Numbered from the stretch's first letter, positions 8,271-17,844 are shown. The stretch is DNA of 64,000 nucleotides from an uncultured delta proteobacterium (GCA_963805125.1 CAWDTD010000014.1:78476-142475), one strand, 5' to 3'. Notes: generated by a model from the sequence alone, not told the origin. Program-made: numbers and translations.

Positions 8271-10601
8271 TTATCCTTGCGGTGCATCTATTTCAAGGAC
8301 CGGTGTTTTCCATTGATCGAGATACGTCAACACTGCCGCGATCACCATCGGGATGACGCCAAATAAAATAAAGACGGTGTCACCGGGCAGTCGAGCCCAT
8401 TCAATCAACTTCACGAACCCCTGGTTCAAATAGTCGAGCCCGCGCGCATGCCAGTATCCGTTGGTCAATACATCATATAACTGTAAGATGCCACCGGGAA
8501 AAAGATTGCCTGCAATCATGAGCGCCAGGCCAGTGTTAAGGCCCCAAAATGACACGCGTATGTATTTTTCAGTGCGCGCCCATTGCGTGTCTGTCGATAC
8601 CTGACGAAAGGCCAGAACCATCAGAGCCATTGCCTCCATACCGAATGCGCCCATGAGCGCGGCATGGCCATGATTGGGCGTCAGTATCGTTCCCACCTCG
8701 AAATAACTCACGATAGGCAGATTGATCAGAAATCCGAAGACGCCTGCCCCGGTGAAATTCCAGAACCCTACCGCCATAAGGAAATAGAACGTCCATTTAT
8801 GAGGGATTGGAATAGGCTTGCCGGACGCGTCGCGCTCGCCCCTTGTCAGTTTGACAAAATCCCAGGCATCCAACGTGAGAAGCGTCAGGGGAACAACCTC
8901 CATTGCCGAGAATATCGCGGAGAGGGAAAGATTGACATTAGACTGGCCGGTCCAATACCAGTGATGCCCGGTGCCTATAATCCCGGCGCCCAGAAATAGA
9001 ATGGCGTCCAGGTAGATGATTCGTGTCGCGGTAAGGCGGGAAACCACGCCCAGCCTGTAAAAGATGACGGCCACCAGCACTGTCACAAAAAGTTCAAAAA
9101 AGCCCTCAACCCACAGGTGGATGATCCAGAAGCGCCAGTTGTCAACAATGGAATACTCCGTAGTGCTCCCGAAAAAGAAAGCGGGCAGATAGAAAAGCGG
9201 GATTGTCAGGGCCGAAAGCATGAAAAGCCACGAAATCTCCTTGCGCTCCGGGTCGCGCAGGGCGGAGGCAATCCCTCGAAGAAGCAAAACGGTCCACAGC
9301 ACCAGCCCCAAGGCAAGCATGATCTGCCAACCCCGGCCAAGGTCGAGATATTCCCAACCCTGGTGTCCGAACCAGAACCAGAGATTGCCAAGGAGCTGGT
9401 TGATGCCTAAAAATTCGCCCAGAAGACTCCCGGCTACAACCACCACCAACGCCCAGAACAGCAGGTTGATTCCAAACACCTGCCCCCTGGGCTCGGATTC
9501 TCCCAAAGTCCCGGCCAGCAGCAAACCGCCCCCAACATACGCAGTCGCGATCCAGAAAATGGCCAACTGCAGATGCCAGGTTCGTAAAATATTGCTCGGA
9601 AATACCTTGTTGAGATCGATTCCGTAGAAGCTGCCCGGGTCGGCCCGGAAGTGCGCGGTGGCCCCGCCCACCAAAACTTGCGCCAGGAAAAGGAGCGAAA
9701 CTACCAGGAAAAACTTGATGGTTGCCCTCTGGCTCTCACTTGCTCTACCGGGCAGCATTTGCGGATGGACATGCGGGCTTGCCCCCTTCCAACCAAGGTA
9801 ATTGAATTTGCCGAAAGCAAACAACACGAGCGCCGTGCCAACGAGCAGGGTGATGAGGCTGATGGCGCTCCACAGAACGGCATCGCCGGGAGGAATGTTG
9901 CCCACCAGAGGGTCGTAAGGAAAGTTGTTCGTGTAGGTTCGAGACTCGCCCGGGCGATTGGCAGCCGAGGCCCAGGCGGCCCAGGCAAAAAATGCGGTCA
10001 ACTGCTGCACTTCCGTGCGGTCGCTTATATAGTTGGGCTTCAGTCCCCCGTTGCCGGCCGGCATCGAGAAGTAATCGCCCCATCGACTTATCTGTTTCCG
10101 GTAAGATGCTGTTTCCGGTTTGGTGAAGATCAGCGTTCCGGTCCCTGGGTCATAGCGATTCTGTTTCAGCAGGAGCCGGACTTGCTCTTCAACGGTTCCC
10201 CGCTCCACTCGGGAGAGGTGGTCCATGCTGCGGCCGAAAAGCTCTTGCGCCTGGGCTTCGGCGGCATCCACGCCCAGGGTGTGAAGGTATTGAGCGGAAA
10301 AATCGGGTCCGAGGTAGGCCCCGTGTCCCCAGAGTGTGCCGTTTTCCATCAGCCCGTACTTGAGAAACACTTCTTGACCTGCCAGGATGTCTTTTCCGGT
10401 CAGCAGTGTTTCCCCGGAGGTTGTGAGAATTCTGTCGGGAATCGGCGGCGCGTCACGATAAGCAAGGACTGCTACCAGGATCAGGACCGTGAATCCGATC
10501 GCCATGGTCAACAGGACCGCTCGCTTCCACCACGGCGATAATTGTTCCACGATGTTTTCTTCGCGTGTCATCTCCTCCCCCTTTTTGAATGCCGCTTCCA
10601 T
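8271..10601 (-). CDS. norZ: Quinol-dependent nitric oxide reductase (single-subunit qNOR, NorB fused to an N-terminal extension)
   Basis: 776-aa polytopic heme-copper-oxidase-type protein with GHQGWEYLDLGR, GTGHHWYW and NHGHAALMGAFG. The true start may be the internal ATG (MTREEN). Confidence 0.88.
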   Translation of the reverse strand: MEAAFKKGEEMTREENIVEQLSPWWKRAVLLTMAIGFTVLILVAVLAYRDAPPIPDRILTTSGETLLTGKDILAGQEVFLKYGLMENGTLWGHGAYLGPDFSAQYLHTLGVDAAEAQAQELFGRSMDHLSRVERGTVEEQVRLLLKQNRYDPGTGTLIFTKPETASYRKQISRWGDYFSMPAGNGGLKPNYISDRTEVQQLTAFFAWAAWASAANRPGESRTYTNNFPYDPLVGNIPPGDAVLWSAISLITLLVGTALVLFAFGKFNYLGWKGASPHVHPQMLPGRASESQRATIKFFLVVSLLFLAQVLVGGATAHFRADPGSFYGIDLNKVFPSNILRTWHLQLAIFWIATAYVGGGLLLAGTLGESEPRGQVFGINLLFWALVVVVAGSLLGEFLGINQLLGNLWFWFGHQGWEYLDLGRGWQIMLALGLVLWTVLLLRGIASALRDPERKEISWLFMLSALTIPLFYLPAFFFGSTTEYSIVDNWRFWIIHLWVEGFFELFVTVLVAVIFYRLGVVSRLTATRIIYLDAILFLGAGIIGTGHHWYWTGQSNVNLSLSAIFSAMEVVPLTLLTLDAWDFVKLTRGERDASGKPIPIPHKWTFYFLMAVGFWNFTGAGVFGFLINLPIVSYFEVGTILTPNHGHAALMGAFGMEAMALMVLAFRQVSTDTQWARTEKYIRVSFWGLNTGLALMIAGNLFPGGILQLYDVLTNGYWHARGLDYLNQGFVKLIEWARLPGDTVFILFGVIPMVIAAVLTYLDQWKTPVLEIDAPQG

Positions 10602-10804
10602 TTTTTCCCATCACGGGGCGTTGCGCTTTCTGTAAACGGTGCGCCAAAAGACATTTTCTTCAGTTTTGGTATGCTGGTTCTTCGCGTTTTTTTTGATCAT
10701 TTCCGGTTTGTGCGAGTTGCCGGGGGAGGTTTTTGAACAGCTCGTGGTGCTGCAAAGGGGTTGCAAAACCTGCTCGGGCATTGACGGATCATATCATGGG
10801 CTGA

Positions 10805-11083
10805 TAGGAAGCTGCGCCCAAGTGAGTACCAAAGGATGTTAAAAAGCGTGGGGAGCAGTGCCCCACACAACCCCTTCGCCGCTGCGCGGGGCGGCGGGGC
10901 CGCCGGCCAAGTTGCCCGCAGCCTTCGGCGGCGGGCTCCAGAGGCGCCGCGCAACGCGTGGGCCGGTCGCCGCAGCGCCGGGCCCTCGGCCTCGCGCGCT
11001 TGCGCGCCTGGCGGAGCCTGGAGATTGAGGGGAAACATTCCCCCGCTCTTTTCCATTACTTCAATCTTGAACGCAACTTGGTA
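10805..11083. mobile_element. MITE family 1, long (279 bp) copy
   Basis: Termini TAGGAAGCTGCGCCCAAGTG and CTTGAACGCAACTTGGTA. TGA duplicated at 10802-10804 and 11084-11086. It is the reverse-complement counterpart of 58504-58783, with strong identity over about 80 bp at each end. Confidence 0.8.
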
Positions 11084-11277
11084 TGAGATGCCCAAATCGG
11101 GTCCCGTCGCAGGCCCCGGACGGTTCGTAGACGCGCTCTATATTAATCACCTCTTCCCCCTTCGTCATTCCACACTCAGAAAAAAACCGGTTTCCGTGAG
11201 TCATTGCAGGGCAATTCCCGGCAGGCGGCGTCGGGGGCAATCTCCTGCCGCCGCAAAGTTCCAGGTGCATTATTCCC

Positions 11278-11307
11278 TTGACATTGCGGGCTGCACTGGG
11301 TCAGAAT
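11278..11307 (+). promoter_or_regulatory. Sigma-70-type promoter candidate for the riboswitch-cbi operon
   Basis: TTGACA (11278-11283), an 18-nt spacer, then CAGAAT (11302-11307). Confidence 0.45.
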
Positions 11308-11309
11308 CA

Positions 11310-11480
11310 ATGGCAACAGGCTGTGGGTGTCCCGGAAGGGGCATCGGGGAAAACGGTGCGAAGCCGTTGCGGACCCGCCGCTGTGATCGGGGACGAAAGC
11401 CGCCGGTATGCCACTGTCCGATGGGGTGGGAAGGCTAGGCGAGTAGGATGATCCGAGAGCCAGAAGACCTGCCCATAGCT
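11310..11480 (+). promoter_or_regulatory. Cobalamin (B12) riboswitch
   Basis: Conserved core GGGAAAACGGTGCGAAGCCGTTGCGGACCCGCCGCTGTGATCGGGGACGAAAGCC, then GCCACTG, GGGAAGGC and the B12 box AGCCAGAAGACCTGCC. It lies upstream of cbiX/cbiMNQO. Confidence 0.85.
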
Positions 11481-11546
11481 TCATGGCCGCACGTGCTCCC
11501 GTGGATTGGAGCACGAGGTGGATAAGCCGAGGATGAAAACGGTTTC

Positions 11547-11579
11547 CCGGACCTGAGCATCATGGTCCGGTTTTTTTTT
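11547..11579 (+). terminator. Intrinsic terminator, probably the riboswitch expression platform
   Basis: Stem CCGGACC/GGTCCGG with a 10-nt loop, followed by a run of nine T. Confidence 0.6.
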
Positions 11580-11673
11580 GCGCAACCCGATGAGCCTCTT
11601 GTGAAATTGAGGCAACCGTTTCGTGTGTTCATATGTGTCGATTCTAAACGCCGATCGAGATTGGGAGAGTGGC

Positions 11674-12249
11674 ATGGTCAATGGCGAGAGTACTGAAGCG
11701 GCAAAGAAAGCAGCCGTCCCCGGCGAGGCTGTAATACTTTTGGGCCATGGAAGCCGGGTGCCGGAAGCCGGAAAGGATATGGAGAAGGTCGCCGCCCGCC
11801 TTCGAGACAAATACGGTTATCCGGTTGTCGAAGTGTGTTTCATGTCAAGGCTCGGACCCCACTTTCCGGAGGTCTTCGAAAAATGCGCCAACCTTGGAGC
11901 GACCAGGGTGGTGGTGATTCCCTATTTTTTGCATTCAGGGCTGCATCTGGTCCTGGACGTTCCTGAAATGCTTCAGGAGCAGGCGAAAAGATTTCCCGCT
12001 GTGACCCTGCAAATGGGTCGCGGGTTTGGATTCGATGAGATGCTGGTCGACCTGGTGCAAACAAGGATCGAGGAGACGAGGAGTTTCAGGGACGTAAGGC
12101 AAATGGAGCTGCCCCCAAAGGAAATGTACCCTGTGCCGACCGGGCAGTGCGAGTTCGTTGCGGTGCCTCCCAATGACGATGGGGAGCGTTGTTTGGCCTG
12201 TCACGGGACGGGAAGGGCAGTGCGAGGTCGTTCTCATGCTTCCGGATGA
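11674..12249 (+). CDS. cbiX: Sirohydrochlorin cobaltochelatase, CbiX type
   Basis: ATG 11674 behind GGGAGAG. Motifs AVILLGHGSRVPEAG and RVVVIPYFLHSGLHL. First gene after the B12 riboswitch. Confidence 0.8.
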   Translation: MVNGESTEAAKKAAVPGEAVILLGHGSRVPEAGKDMEKVAARLRDKYGYPVVEVCFMSRLGPHFPEVFEKCANLGATRVVVIPYFLHSGLHLVLDVPEMLQEQAKRFPAVTLQMGRGFGFDEMLVDLVQTRIEETRSFRDVRQMELPPKEMYPVPTGQCEFVAVPPNDDGERCLACHGTGRAVRGRSHASG

Positions 12250-12332
12250 GGCTGCAAAGTATCGCGCGCAGGCAAACCGGATTTATCGACCCCGGGTTCA
12301 AGACAGCCAACCTGCATTTTGCGCGGGTCGCC

Positions 12333-13067
12333 ATGAAAACTAAGCACCGTTTCATCACGGCAATTCTTGTGTTCTTATCATTGTTCCTGCTGCCGGATGT
12401 TCCAGCGTTCGCGATGCACATCTCCGAGGGAATTCTGCCCGCCCGGTGGGCGATACTGTGGTTTGCGGTGTCTGCGCCGTTCCTTCTTCTAGGGCTGCGT
12501 CAATTGCACTTGCGCGGACAGCGGGATTTGCACCTCAAGCCTATGGTCGGATTGGTAGGGGCGGCCGTGTTCATAATATCCTGTATGCCGATTCCCGTAC
12601 CCACGGCAGGTTCCTGTTCGCATCCCTGCGGGACCGGCATTGCCGCCATTTTCATCGGCCCGCTGCTCACGGTTGTCGTGACCAGCGTTGCCTTGGTGTT
12701 GCAAGCCCTGTTCCTGGCCCACGGCGGGCTTACCACTCTCGGCGCCAATATTGCCTCAATGGGGGTCGCGGGCGCTTTCGCAGGTTACGTCTCATTTGTT
12801 TTAGTCAGGAGGTTGTCCGGGAGATGGTGGATTGCCGCCTTCCTTGCCGGCCTTCTATCGGATTGGGCCACCTACTCGGTCACCTCCATTCAACTCGCTA
12901 CCGCTCTTCACGGCAACGCTCCACTTGGTAAGTTTTTTCTGACGGTGCTTCTCGCGTTCGTGCCCACTCAGGTCCCGCTGGGAATTGTCGAGGGGTTCCT
13001 CTGTGTGGGCGCCTACAGGTTCATACTGACGCGCAGGCCCGAATTGCTCAAAACCTTCGCCCTTTAG
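12333..13067 (+). CDS. cbiM: Cobalt ECF transporter substrate-capture subunit CbiM
   Basis: A signal peptide ending AFA is followed by MHISEGIL, the mature N-terminus typical of CbiM/NikM. The rest is a polytopic membrane protein. Confidence 0.88.
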   Translation: MKTKHRFITAILVFLSLFLLPDVPAFAMHISEGILPARWAILWFAVSAPFLLLGLRQLHLRGQRDLHLKPMVGLVGAAVFIISCMPIPVPTAGSCSHPCGTGIAAIFIGPLLTVVVTSVALVLQALFLAHGGLTTLGANIASMGVAGAFAGYVSFVLVRRLSGRWWIAAFLAGLLSDWATYSVTSIQLATALHGNAPLGKFFLTVLLAFVPTQVPLGIVEGFLCVGAYRFILTRRPELLKTFAL

Positions 13068-13075
13068 GTGCATTC

Positions 13076-13345
13076 ATGAAAATCGCGCTTGCAGGCGGCC
13101 TTATCATTTTTCTGGTTTTAGGGATGTATATCGGACTGCGCATCTCCGACAGCAAATGGGCCGGGGTTGATGAGTCGGTGATAGGCAAGTTCGCCACAGA
13201 GGCAAACCGTCCTCCGCAGGAGCCCCTTATCAACATCGAACATGGGGACCTGCCTCTCCTGCTGTTCCTGTTGGCGGGAGCAGCAGGCGGTTTTACAGCC
13301 GGTTATTATTTCAGGGATTTATTTCCCCCAAAGGACAAAGGCTGA
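13076..13345 (+). CDS. cbiN: Cobalt transport protein CbiN
   Basis: 89 aa with two TM segments, WAGVDESV and a C-terminal GGFTAGYYF-type segment. It lies between cbiM and cbiQ. Confidence 0.8.
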   Translation: MKIALAGGLIIFLVLGMYIGLRISDSKWAGVDESVIGKFATEANRPPQEPLINIEHGDLPLLLFLLAGAAGGFTAGYYFRDLFPPKDKG

Positions 13346-13349
13346 CGCC

Positions 13350-15008
13350 TTGCAACCGGTATTTGAGCTTTTCTCGGATATACTTGCCTATCGGGACAAC
13401 ACGCTGACCCGTGTAGATCCACGCGTAAAGCTCGTGCTTGCCATTCTGGCGATCGTCTGTGTCATATTGTCCGCCGGCTTTGCGTTTCCTCTCGCAGTTT
13501 TTACGGTCAGCCTGGCCGCAATGCTGGCGATCCGGGTTCCTGCCAGGCTAATGTTGGTAAGACTTGCGGGGCCTTTGGGAATTGTTCTGGTGGTGACCCT
13601 TTTGCAGTCGCTGCTCATTGGTTCCACCCTTCTTTTCAGCATATCCCTGTTTGGATGGAAAATAGACGTGATGCGAGAGGGCGCCGTGCACGGCGCTTTG
13701 CTCGGCACTCGCGTTCTTGGAGCAGTAAGCGTACTGCTGCTTTTGAGCTCTACCGCCAAGGCGCATCAGATCTTTCATGCCCTGCGCTGGTTCGGCGTCC
13801 CGAAGTGTTGGGTGGAGGTGGCCATGCTCATGTACCGCTATGTTTTCCTGCTCCTGGATGAAGCCGCGGACATCATGGACGCCCAAAGAGTGCGGCTCGG
13901 ATATTCCAGCCTCAGGCGCTGTTTATCCTCTACGGGCGTATTGGCGGGAACGGTGATAAAAGTCGCCATGGACCAGGGGATTCGCACCTGTGAGGCCATG
14001 GAGCTTCGCGGGTACAAAGGCTATATGCCTTTCGGCGCTCTGCCGCGCATTTGCTCGAAAGATCTCTGGATTTTGTGCCTGATCTCGGCAGCCACAGTGA
14101 TTGCATACATCGGGTCTGGAGTGGGGTGGTCTATGACAGAAGTTCCTATGGCCGTCGAGGCTTCGGGTGTGTGCTTTACCTATCAGGAAGGTACGCAGGC
14201 GCTTACGGACGTGGACTTTCGGGTCAGAGCGGGCGAGTTTGTGGCAATGCTTGCCTCCAACGGCTCGGGAAAGACTACTCTCATAAAGGTGCTCGTGGGC
14301 CTCCTAAAGCCGCAGAAAGGACAGGTTCGCATTGCCGGACACAACATCTGCGCCACTCCGCCAAGAGAGCTTTATCAGCGCATCGGCCTGGTTTTTCAAA
14401 ATCCGAACGACCAGCTTTTTGCAGCCACGGTTGAGGAAGATGTGGCCTTCGGCCCGAGGAACCTGGACCTGCCCGGGCCGGAGGTCGAGCGGCGTGTTTC
14501 CGAGGCGCTTGAATCGGTCGCGGCATCGGGTTTGCGGCACAGGGCCATCCATCATTTGAGCTTTGGAGAGCAAAAGCGTGTCTGCATGGCGGGCGTGCTC
14601 GCCATGAATCCCGCAATCCTGATCCTCGATGAACCTACCTCCGGACTGGACCCTGCCGGGGAAGAAACGATGATGCGGCTCCTCAACAGGCTCAATCGCC
14701 GGCAGGGGATTACAGTGATACTTGCCACCCACCTTGTAGACATGCTGCCTCTTTTTGCAGATCGAATCTATGTGCTCAACAGGGGACGTGTGCTGAGCCA
14801 GGGGCCGGCGGAAGAGGTATTTGCCGATTATGATATGCTTGATAAAGCGGGGCTGCGTTTGCCTTATATCTCCACCCTGCTCCATGAAATGAAACGCTAT
14901 GACGGAGTGCCGATCAACGGGTTGCCGCTTACCGTCGGCGAGGCGCGAAAGCGCCTCGTGGAACTGATACCCGAAGAGCTTATCGTCAAGCGTATCGAGC
15001 GCATGTAG
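13350..15008 (+). CDS. cbiQO: Fused CbiQ (ECF T component) and CbiO (ATPase)
   Basis: One uninterrupted frame. The N-terminal roughly 260 aa are polytopic and CbiQ-like (start guessed at TTG 13350). From MTEVPMAVEASG onward it is an ABC ATPase, with Walker A SNGSGKTT, signature LSFGEQKR and Walker B ILILDEP. Confidence 0.8.
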   Translation: MQPVFELFSDILAYRDNTLTRVDPRVKLVLAILAIVCVILSAGFAFPLAVFTVSLAAMLAIRVPARLMLVRLAGPLGIVLVVTLLQSLLIGSTLLFSISLFGWKIDVMREGAVHGALLGTRVLGAVSVLLLLSSTAKAHQIFHALRWFGVPKCWVEVAMLMYRYVFLLLDEAADIMDAQRVRLGYSSLRRCLSSTGVLAGTVIKVAMDQGIRTCEAMELRGYKGYMPFGALPRICSKDLWILCLISAATVIAYIGSGVGWSMTEVPMAVEASGVCFTYQEGTQALTDVDFRVRAGEFVAMLASNGSGKTTLIKVLVGLLKPQKGQVRIAGHNICATPPRELYQRIGLVFQNPNDQLFAATVEEDVAFGPRNLDLPGPEVERRVSEALESVAASGLRHRAIHHLSFGEQKRVCMAGVLAMNPAILILDEPTSGLDPAGEETMMRLLNRLNRRQGITVILATHLVDMLPLFADRIYVLNRGRVLSQGPAEEVFADYDMLDKAGLRLPYISTLLHEMKRYDGVPINGLPLTVGEARKRLVELIPEELIVKRIERM

Positions 15009-15043
15009 AAGATGATTTCGTTGCCGACCGTGAATAAATCGCC

Positions 15044-15760
15044 ATGAAATTCGGAATCCTCTATGGAATAGGAGTTGGCCCCGGCGACCCCGAGTTGATG
15101 ACCGTCAAGGGGGCACGGGTCCTCGAAGGGTGCCGGCATGTTTTCGTGCCAAAGGCACGGAGCGAAAACGGCAGCATCGCTCTTGCCATCGCAGGCCGCT
15201 ACCTGAGAGCCGACTGTCGGATCTGTGAACTGGTCTTCCCTATGAGCGCCGACAGGGGGGAGCTGTCGCGGCACTGGATGGAAGCGGCCCGCAGTGTTGC
15301 GGACGTAGTCGGCATGGGCGAAGATGCGTGCTTCCTGACCCTGGGTGATCCTCTGCTGTATTCCACCTACATATATCTGGTCAGGTCTTTGCGCAGACAA
15401 CTTCCCGGACTCGATGTGGTCACCATTCCGGGAATCACCGCTTTCAGCGCCGCTGCCGCTCTGGCTGAATTTCCCATAGGTGAAGGCAGGCAGCGAGTGG
15501 TCATTATCCCTGCTTCCGATGACTTCGATGTGATCGGGGAGGCGCTTGCCGGTGGCGGGACGGTGATCCTGATGAAAGTGGGCGGGCGGCTCGCCGGGGT
15601 CCTGGATTTGGTCGAGCGGGCAGGCTTTCTGGACCGCGCGGTATATGTGGCGCGAGCCGGGCTCGATGGCCAGCAGGTCGAGGTCAACCTGCGCAAATTG
15701 CGCAGGCAAAAGCACGAGGCTGATTACCTGTCTATCCTGCTCGTACACACGGGGGGTTGA
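15044..15760 (+). CDS. cbiL: Cobalt-factor II / precorrin-2 C20-methyltransferase
   Basis: MKFGILYGIGVGPGDPELMTVKG is a tetrapyrrole methylase N-terminus. The 238-aa size and the cbi operon context fit. Confidence 0.82.
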   Translation: MKFGILYGIGVGPGDPELMTVKGARVLEGCRHVFVPKARSENGSIALAIAGRYLRADCRICELVFPMSADRGELSRHWMEAARSVADVVGMGEDACFLTLGDPLLYSTYIYLVRSLRRQLPGLDVVTIPGITAFSAAAALAEFPIGEGRQRVVIIPASDDFDVIGEALAGGGTVILMKVGGRLAGVLDLVERAGFLDRAVYVARAGLDGQQVEVNLRKLRRQKHEADYLSILLVHTGG

Positions 15761-15907
15761 AACCCGATCTTTTAATGCAAATTGTGGAATTTTTATTGAG
15801 AAATTGGCATGGTTGAATTATCATGGAACAGGGGACTTGTTTGTAAGAGTTCTCTCCGGTATGAGCCGGTAAATTGGCCTTAAACTCTTCGATGCAGGTG
15901 ATCCGAT

Positions 15908-16306
15908 ATGGCAAAGCGATTCAGTGTCATTATAGAGCGAGACCGGCAGGGGTATTATGTCGCTTCTGTCCCCGCTCTAAGGGGCTGCCATTCCCAGGCT
16001 AAGGGCTTGTCCGTAAATAAGCCTCTTAGGGATCGCGCCGGATTTTGAGACTGATTTGGTCGCGAGGATTGAGCAAAACCGCAGGCGTAGCTGGGCTACG
16101 TCGAGGATTTTGCGATTGAGGAGCGGCCGAAGCAGGCCAAAAGCCGGATGCGAGCGCAAAGGTTTTATTTACGGACAAGCCCTAAGTCTCTGGATGAGCT
16201 TATTTCGCGCATTAAGGAAGCAATCGAACTTTGCCTGGAAGTGGAAGGTAAGGAAATGGAGCCGCTTGACTTTGTTGGTGTCCAGCAAGTGAGCGTCGCT
16301 GTATGA
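15908..16306 (+). pseudogene. hicB: HicB-family antitoxin interrupted by a MITE
   Basis: Removing 16003-16185 (the element plus one TAA copy, 183 nt) gives MAKRFSVIIERDRQGYYVASVPALRGCHSQAKSLDELISRIKEAIELCLEVEGKEMEPLDFVGVQQVSVAV. With the insert in place the frame terminates early. Confidence 0.7.
16003..16182. mobile_element. MITE family 2 (180 bp)
   Basis: Inverted termini GGGCTTGTCCGTAAATAA and TTATTTACGGACAAGCCC. TAA on both flanks (16000-16002 and 16183-16185). A solo right-end copy lies at 52325-52354. Confidence 0.75.
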
Positions 16307-16529
16307 CCAAGCTACCGGCCCTTACCGGCAAGGAATTAATAGCGGCTTTGGTAAAAGAGCGATTTGAAGTTATCCGAATAAAAGGAAGTCATCACTATTT
16401 GCGGCATACCGCGATGGTCGGACTACGGTGGTTCCGGTTCATGCGGGTGAAACCATCGGCCCGGGACTTATGACGAAAATTTTGAGGGACTGCGAATTCA
16501 CCCGCGATGATCTAAAAAATCTCATCTAA
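16303..16529 (+). pseudogene. hicA: HicA-family toxin with a frameshift near 16410
   Basis: The ATG overlaps the hicB stop (ATGA). MTKLPALTGKELIAALVKERFEVIRIKGSHHYLRH is in one frame, and the expected continuation DGRTTVVPVHAGETIGPGLMTKILRDCEFTRDDLKNLI is in another. Confidence 0.65.
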
Positions 16530-16667
16530 GGGCAAGGGACAGTAGCCAATTTCTGACAGCGCTCAACCTGGATGTCGAAATTCTGATCCGCTACCGCAGC
16601 GAAAACACGGCAACGGGACACATTTCGGTTTTTGAGGTGCGGTAGGCTGCCCTTTGATGGTGCAACA

Positions 16668-17633
16668 ATGCCCTTGCTGAAATTTTCGACCTACTCGCCC
16701 CCGCCTTTTTTTGCCAATGGGCATCTTCAAACCATTTTCTCGAACGTCCGTCGAGTCCCGAATGTCAATTACCAGCGGGAGCGGCTCATCACTTCCGATA
16801 ATGACTTTCTGGATATCGATTCTTGTATCATTGGATCCGATCGCACGGCGATCGTCACCTGCGGGCTGGAGGGAAATTCCCGTCGTGCGTACGTTTTGGG
16901 CATGGTGCGGGCACTGCTCCGTAATGGCTGGAACGCTGCGGTCTGGAACTTTCGGGGGTGCAGCGGAGAACCCAATAAGACACTCCGGTCTTACCACTGC
17001 GGCGATACGGAAGATCTGCACACTGTCCTCCGGTTTGTTCTTAAGGAAACAAATAGCCGCAAAATTGCTCTGATAGGATTTAGCGCGGGCGCAAGTATGC
17101 TCATGAAGTTTCTCGGTGAGCAAGGTATCGGGATCGCCCCGTATGTTTCAGCAGCCGTCGGGATCTCCGTGCCCTGTGATTTGGCAGGGGCTGTAGAGAA
17201 AATGGGAATGCGTTCAAATCGCCTTTACACCATGCGTTTCCTTTTAATGCTTCGCAGAAAACTGCGTATTAAGAGGCAGTTGTTTCCTGGTTCACTTCCA
17301 AACCATATTAACAGGATTAAGAGTTTTATCGATTTCGATTCTGCTTATACCGCGCCGGCGCATGGGTTTAAAGATGCTTATGATTACTATTATAAGAGCA
17401 GTTGCCTTCCCTGGCTGGTAAACATAGAAATACCGTCATTATTGTTGAATGCACTTGACGATCCGTTATTGTCTCGTTCCTGCTTTCCTTTTTCCGAAGC
17501 CGAATCAGCTCCACGTTTGTACCTGGAAACACCACGCAATGGTGGACACGTTGGCTTCGTTTCCTTCAATGACCGCAATGAGTATTGGTCGGAAACACGC
17601 ACGTTGGAGTTTATCAACGAGCACGCCCTATAA
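16668..17633 (+). CDS. Alpha/beta-fold hydrolase (YheT/ABHD-like)
   Basis: N-terminus FFANGHLQTIF, nucleophile-elbow-like GFSAGA, C-terminal GGHVGF. Confidence 0.75.
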   Translation: MPLLKFSTYSPPPFFANGHLQTIFSNVRRVPNVNYQRERLITSDNDFLDIDSCIIGSDRTAIVTCGLEGNSRRAYVLGMVRALLRNGWNAAVWNFRGCSGEPNKTLRSYHCGDTEDLHTVLRFVLKETNSRKIALIGFSAGASMLMKFLGEQGIGIAPYVSAAVGISVPCDLAGAVEKMGMRSNRLYTMRFLLMLRRKLRIKRQLFPGSLPNHINRIKSFIDFDSAYTAPAHGFKDAYDYYYKSSCLPWLVNIEIPSLLLNALDDPLLSRSCFPFSEAESAPRLYLETPRNGGHVGFVSFNDRNEYWSETRTLEFINEHAL

Positions 17634-17639
17634 CCGTGG

Positions 17640-17820
17640 CCAGGCTTCTGAGAGGGAAAAGGAGCATCACGGCAGACACGGTCCTGCGCCCCGCCAAGTT
17701 CTTTGGGACTACCGCGAAGCTTTGGCTCAACCTTCAGGTATCCTATTCTCTTGACACCGAACAGGATCGGTTGGCTGGGAAAAATCGAAGAGGAAGTGAA
17801 GCCCATGAGTGATGTTGCAT
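17640..17820 (+). pseudogene. HigA/VapI-type antitoxin remnant (N-terminally truncated, C-terminal frameshift)
   Basis: VARLLRGKRSITADTVLRPAKFFGTTAKLWLNLQVSYSLD matches the C-terminal half of HTH antidote proteins. No N-terminus and no partner toxin gene are present. Confidence 0.5.
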
Positions 17821-17844
17821 AGCTGGAGAACCGAAAAGGAATTT

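Noticed and set aside
10602-10700. Sigma-54 promoter upstream of norZ (minus-strand TGGCGC-ACCGT-TTAC)
   Set aside because: The -12 element lacks the conserved GC, and no NorR-type activator or upstream activating sequence is apparent. It is too weak to call.
10697-11438. ORFs 10697-11095 (minus) and 10836-11438 (plus)
   Set aside because: They run through the 279-bp MITE and the cobalamin riboswitch. Their open frames are a by-product of GC-rich repeat sequence.
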